A DNA stretch of 64,000 bases, taken from an uncultured delta proteobacterium. Lineage in GTDB: Bacteria; Desulfobacterota; Desulfobacteria; Desulfobacterales; SG8-13. The notes beneath the pieces are model-generated. The model saw only the letters and a program-made list of their open reading frames with translations, did not search any database and had not been told where the DNA came from. Made by a program: the position numbers and the translations under genes. Of the stretch, positions 63,997 to 64,000 are shown piece after piece (the stretch's first letter is position 1; each line of letters opens with the position of its first letter). The stretch is from positions 1-64,000 of the forward strand of contig CAWKCK010000005.1 of the NCBI GenBank assembly GCA_963848135.1, in the 5' to 3' direction.

Positions 63997-64000
63997 TCCA

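Noticed and set aside
1..64000. tRNA or rRNA genes, including a tRNA integration site for the accessory region
   Set aside because: No cloverleaf or rRNA-like sequence was recognised by eye; tRNAscan-SE would be needed to exclude one.

Overview
Chromosomal window from a sulfate-reducing deltaproteobacterium (Desulfobacterales-like; inferred from dsrC, hdrA-flxDCBA and tmcDCBA). The flanks (1-27.5 kb and 52.7-64 kb) are mostly core metabolism: a tandem GTPase pair, CoA-transferase, crotonase, rarD, ahbA-like, dsrC, a flx-hdrA operon with two Sec (UGA) codons, the tmc complex, miaA plus a decayed copy, DEAD-box helicase, csp, alr, ald, thiolase and ppdK. Between about 27.8 and 51.1 kb lies a visibly AT-richer accessory region. 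About 14 same-orientation copies of a ~100 bp dyad site (CTGCTA..CTATC / GATAG-N7-GTATC core / GATAG-N9-TGGCAAG) separate one- to three-gene modules, mostly secreted proteins. One module is a non-IntI tyrosine recombinase with a frameshift in an A9 run. This looks like an integron-like cassette array whose sites are not attC. Two unrelated mobile elements have inserted exactly into the TGGCAAG arm of this site: an IS110/IS1111 element whose putative bridge-RNA guides spell CTGGCAAG, and a two-tyrosine-recombinase element with 15-bp IRs and a 7-bp duplication. Also present: a MerB-like protein with two SECIS-backed UGA codons, two c-di-GMP-I-type riboswitches and a three-copy 210-bp MITE. All calls were made by eye, with no database search.
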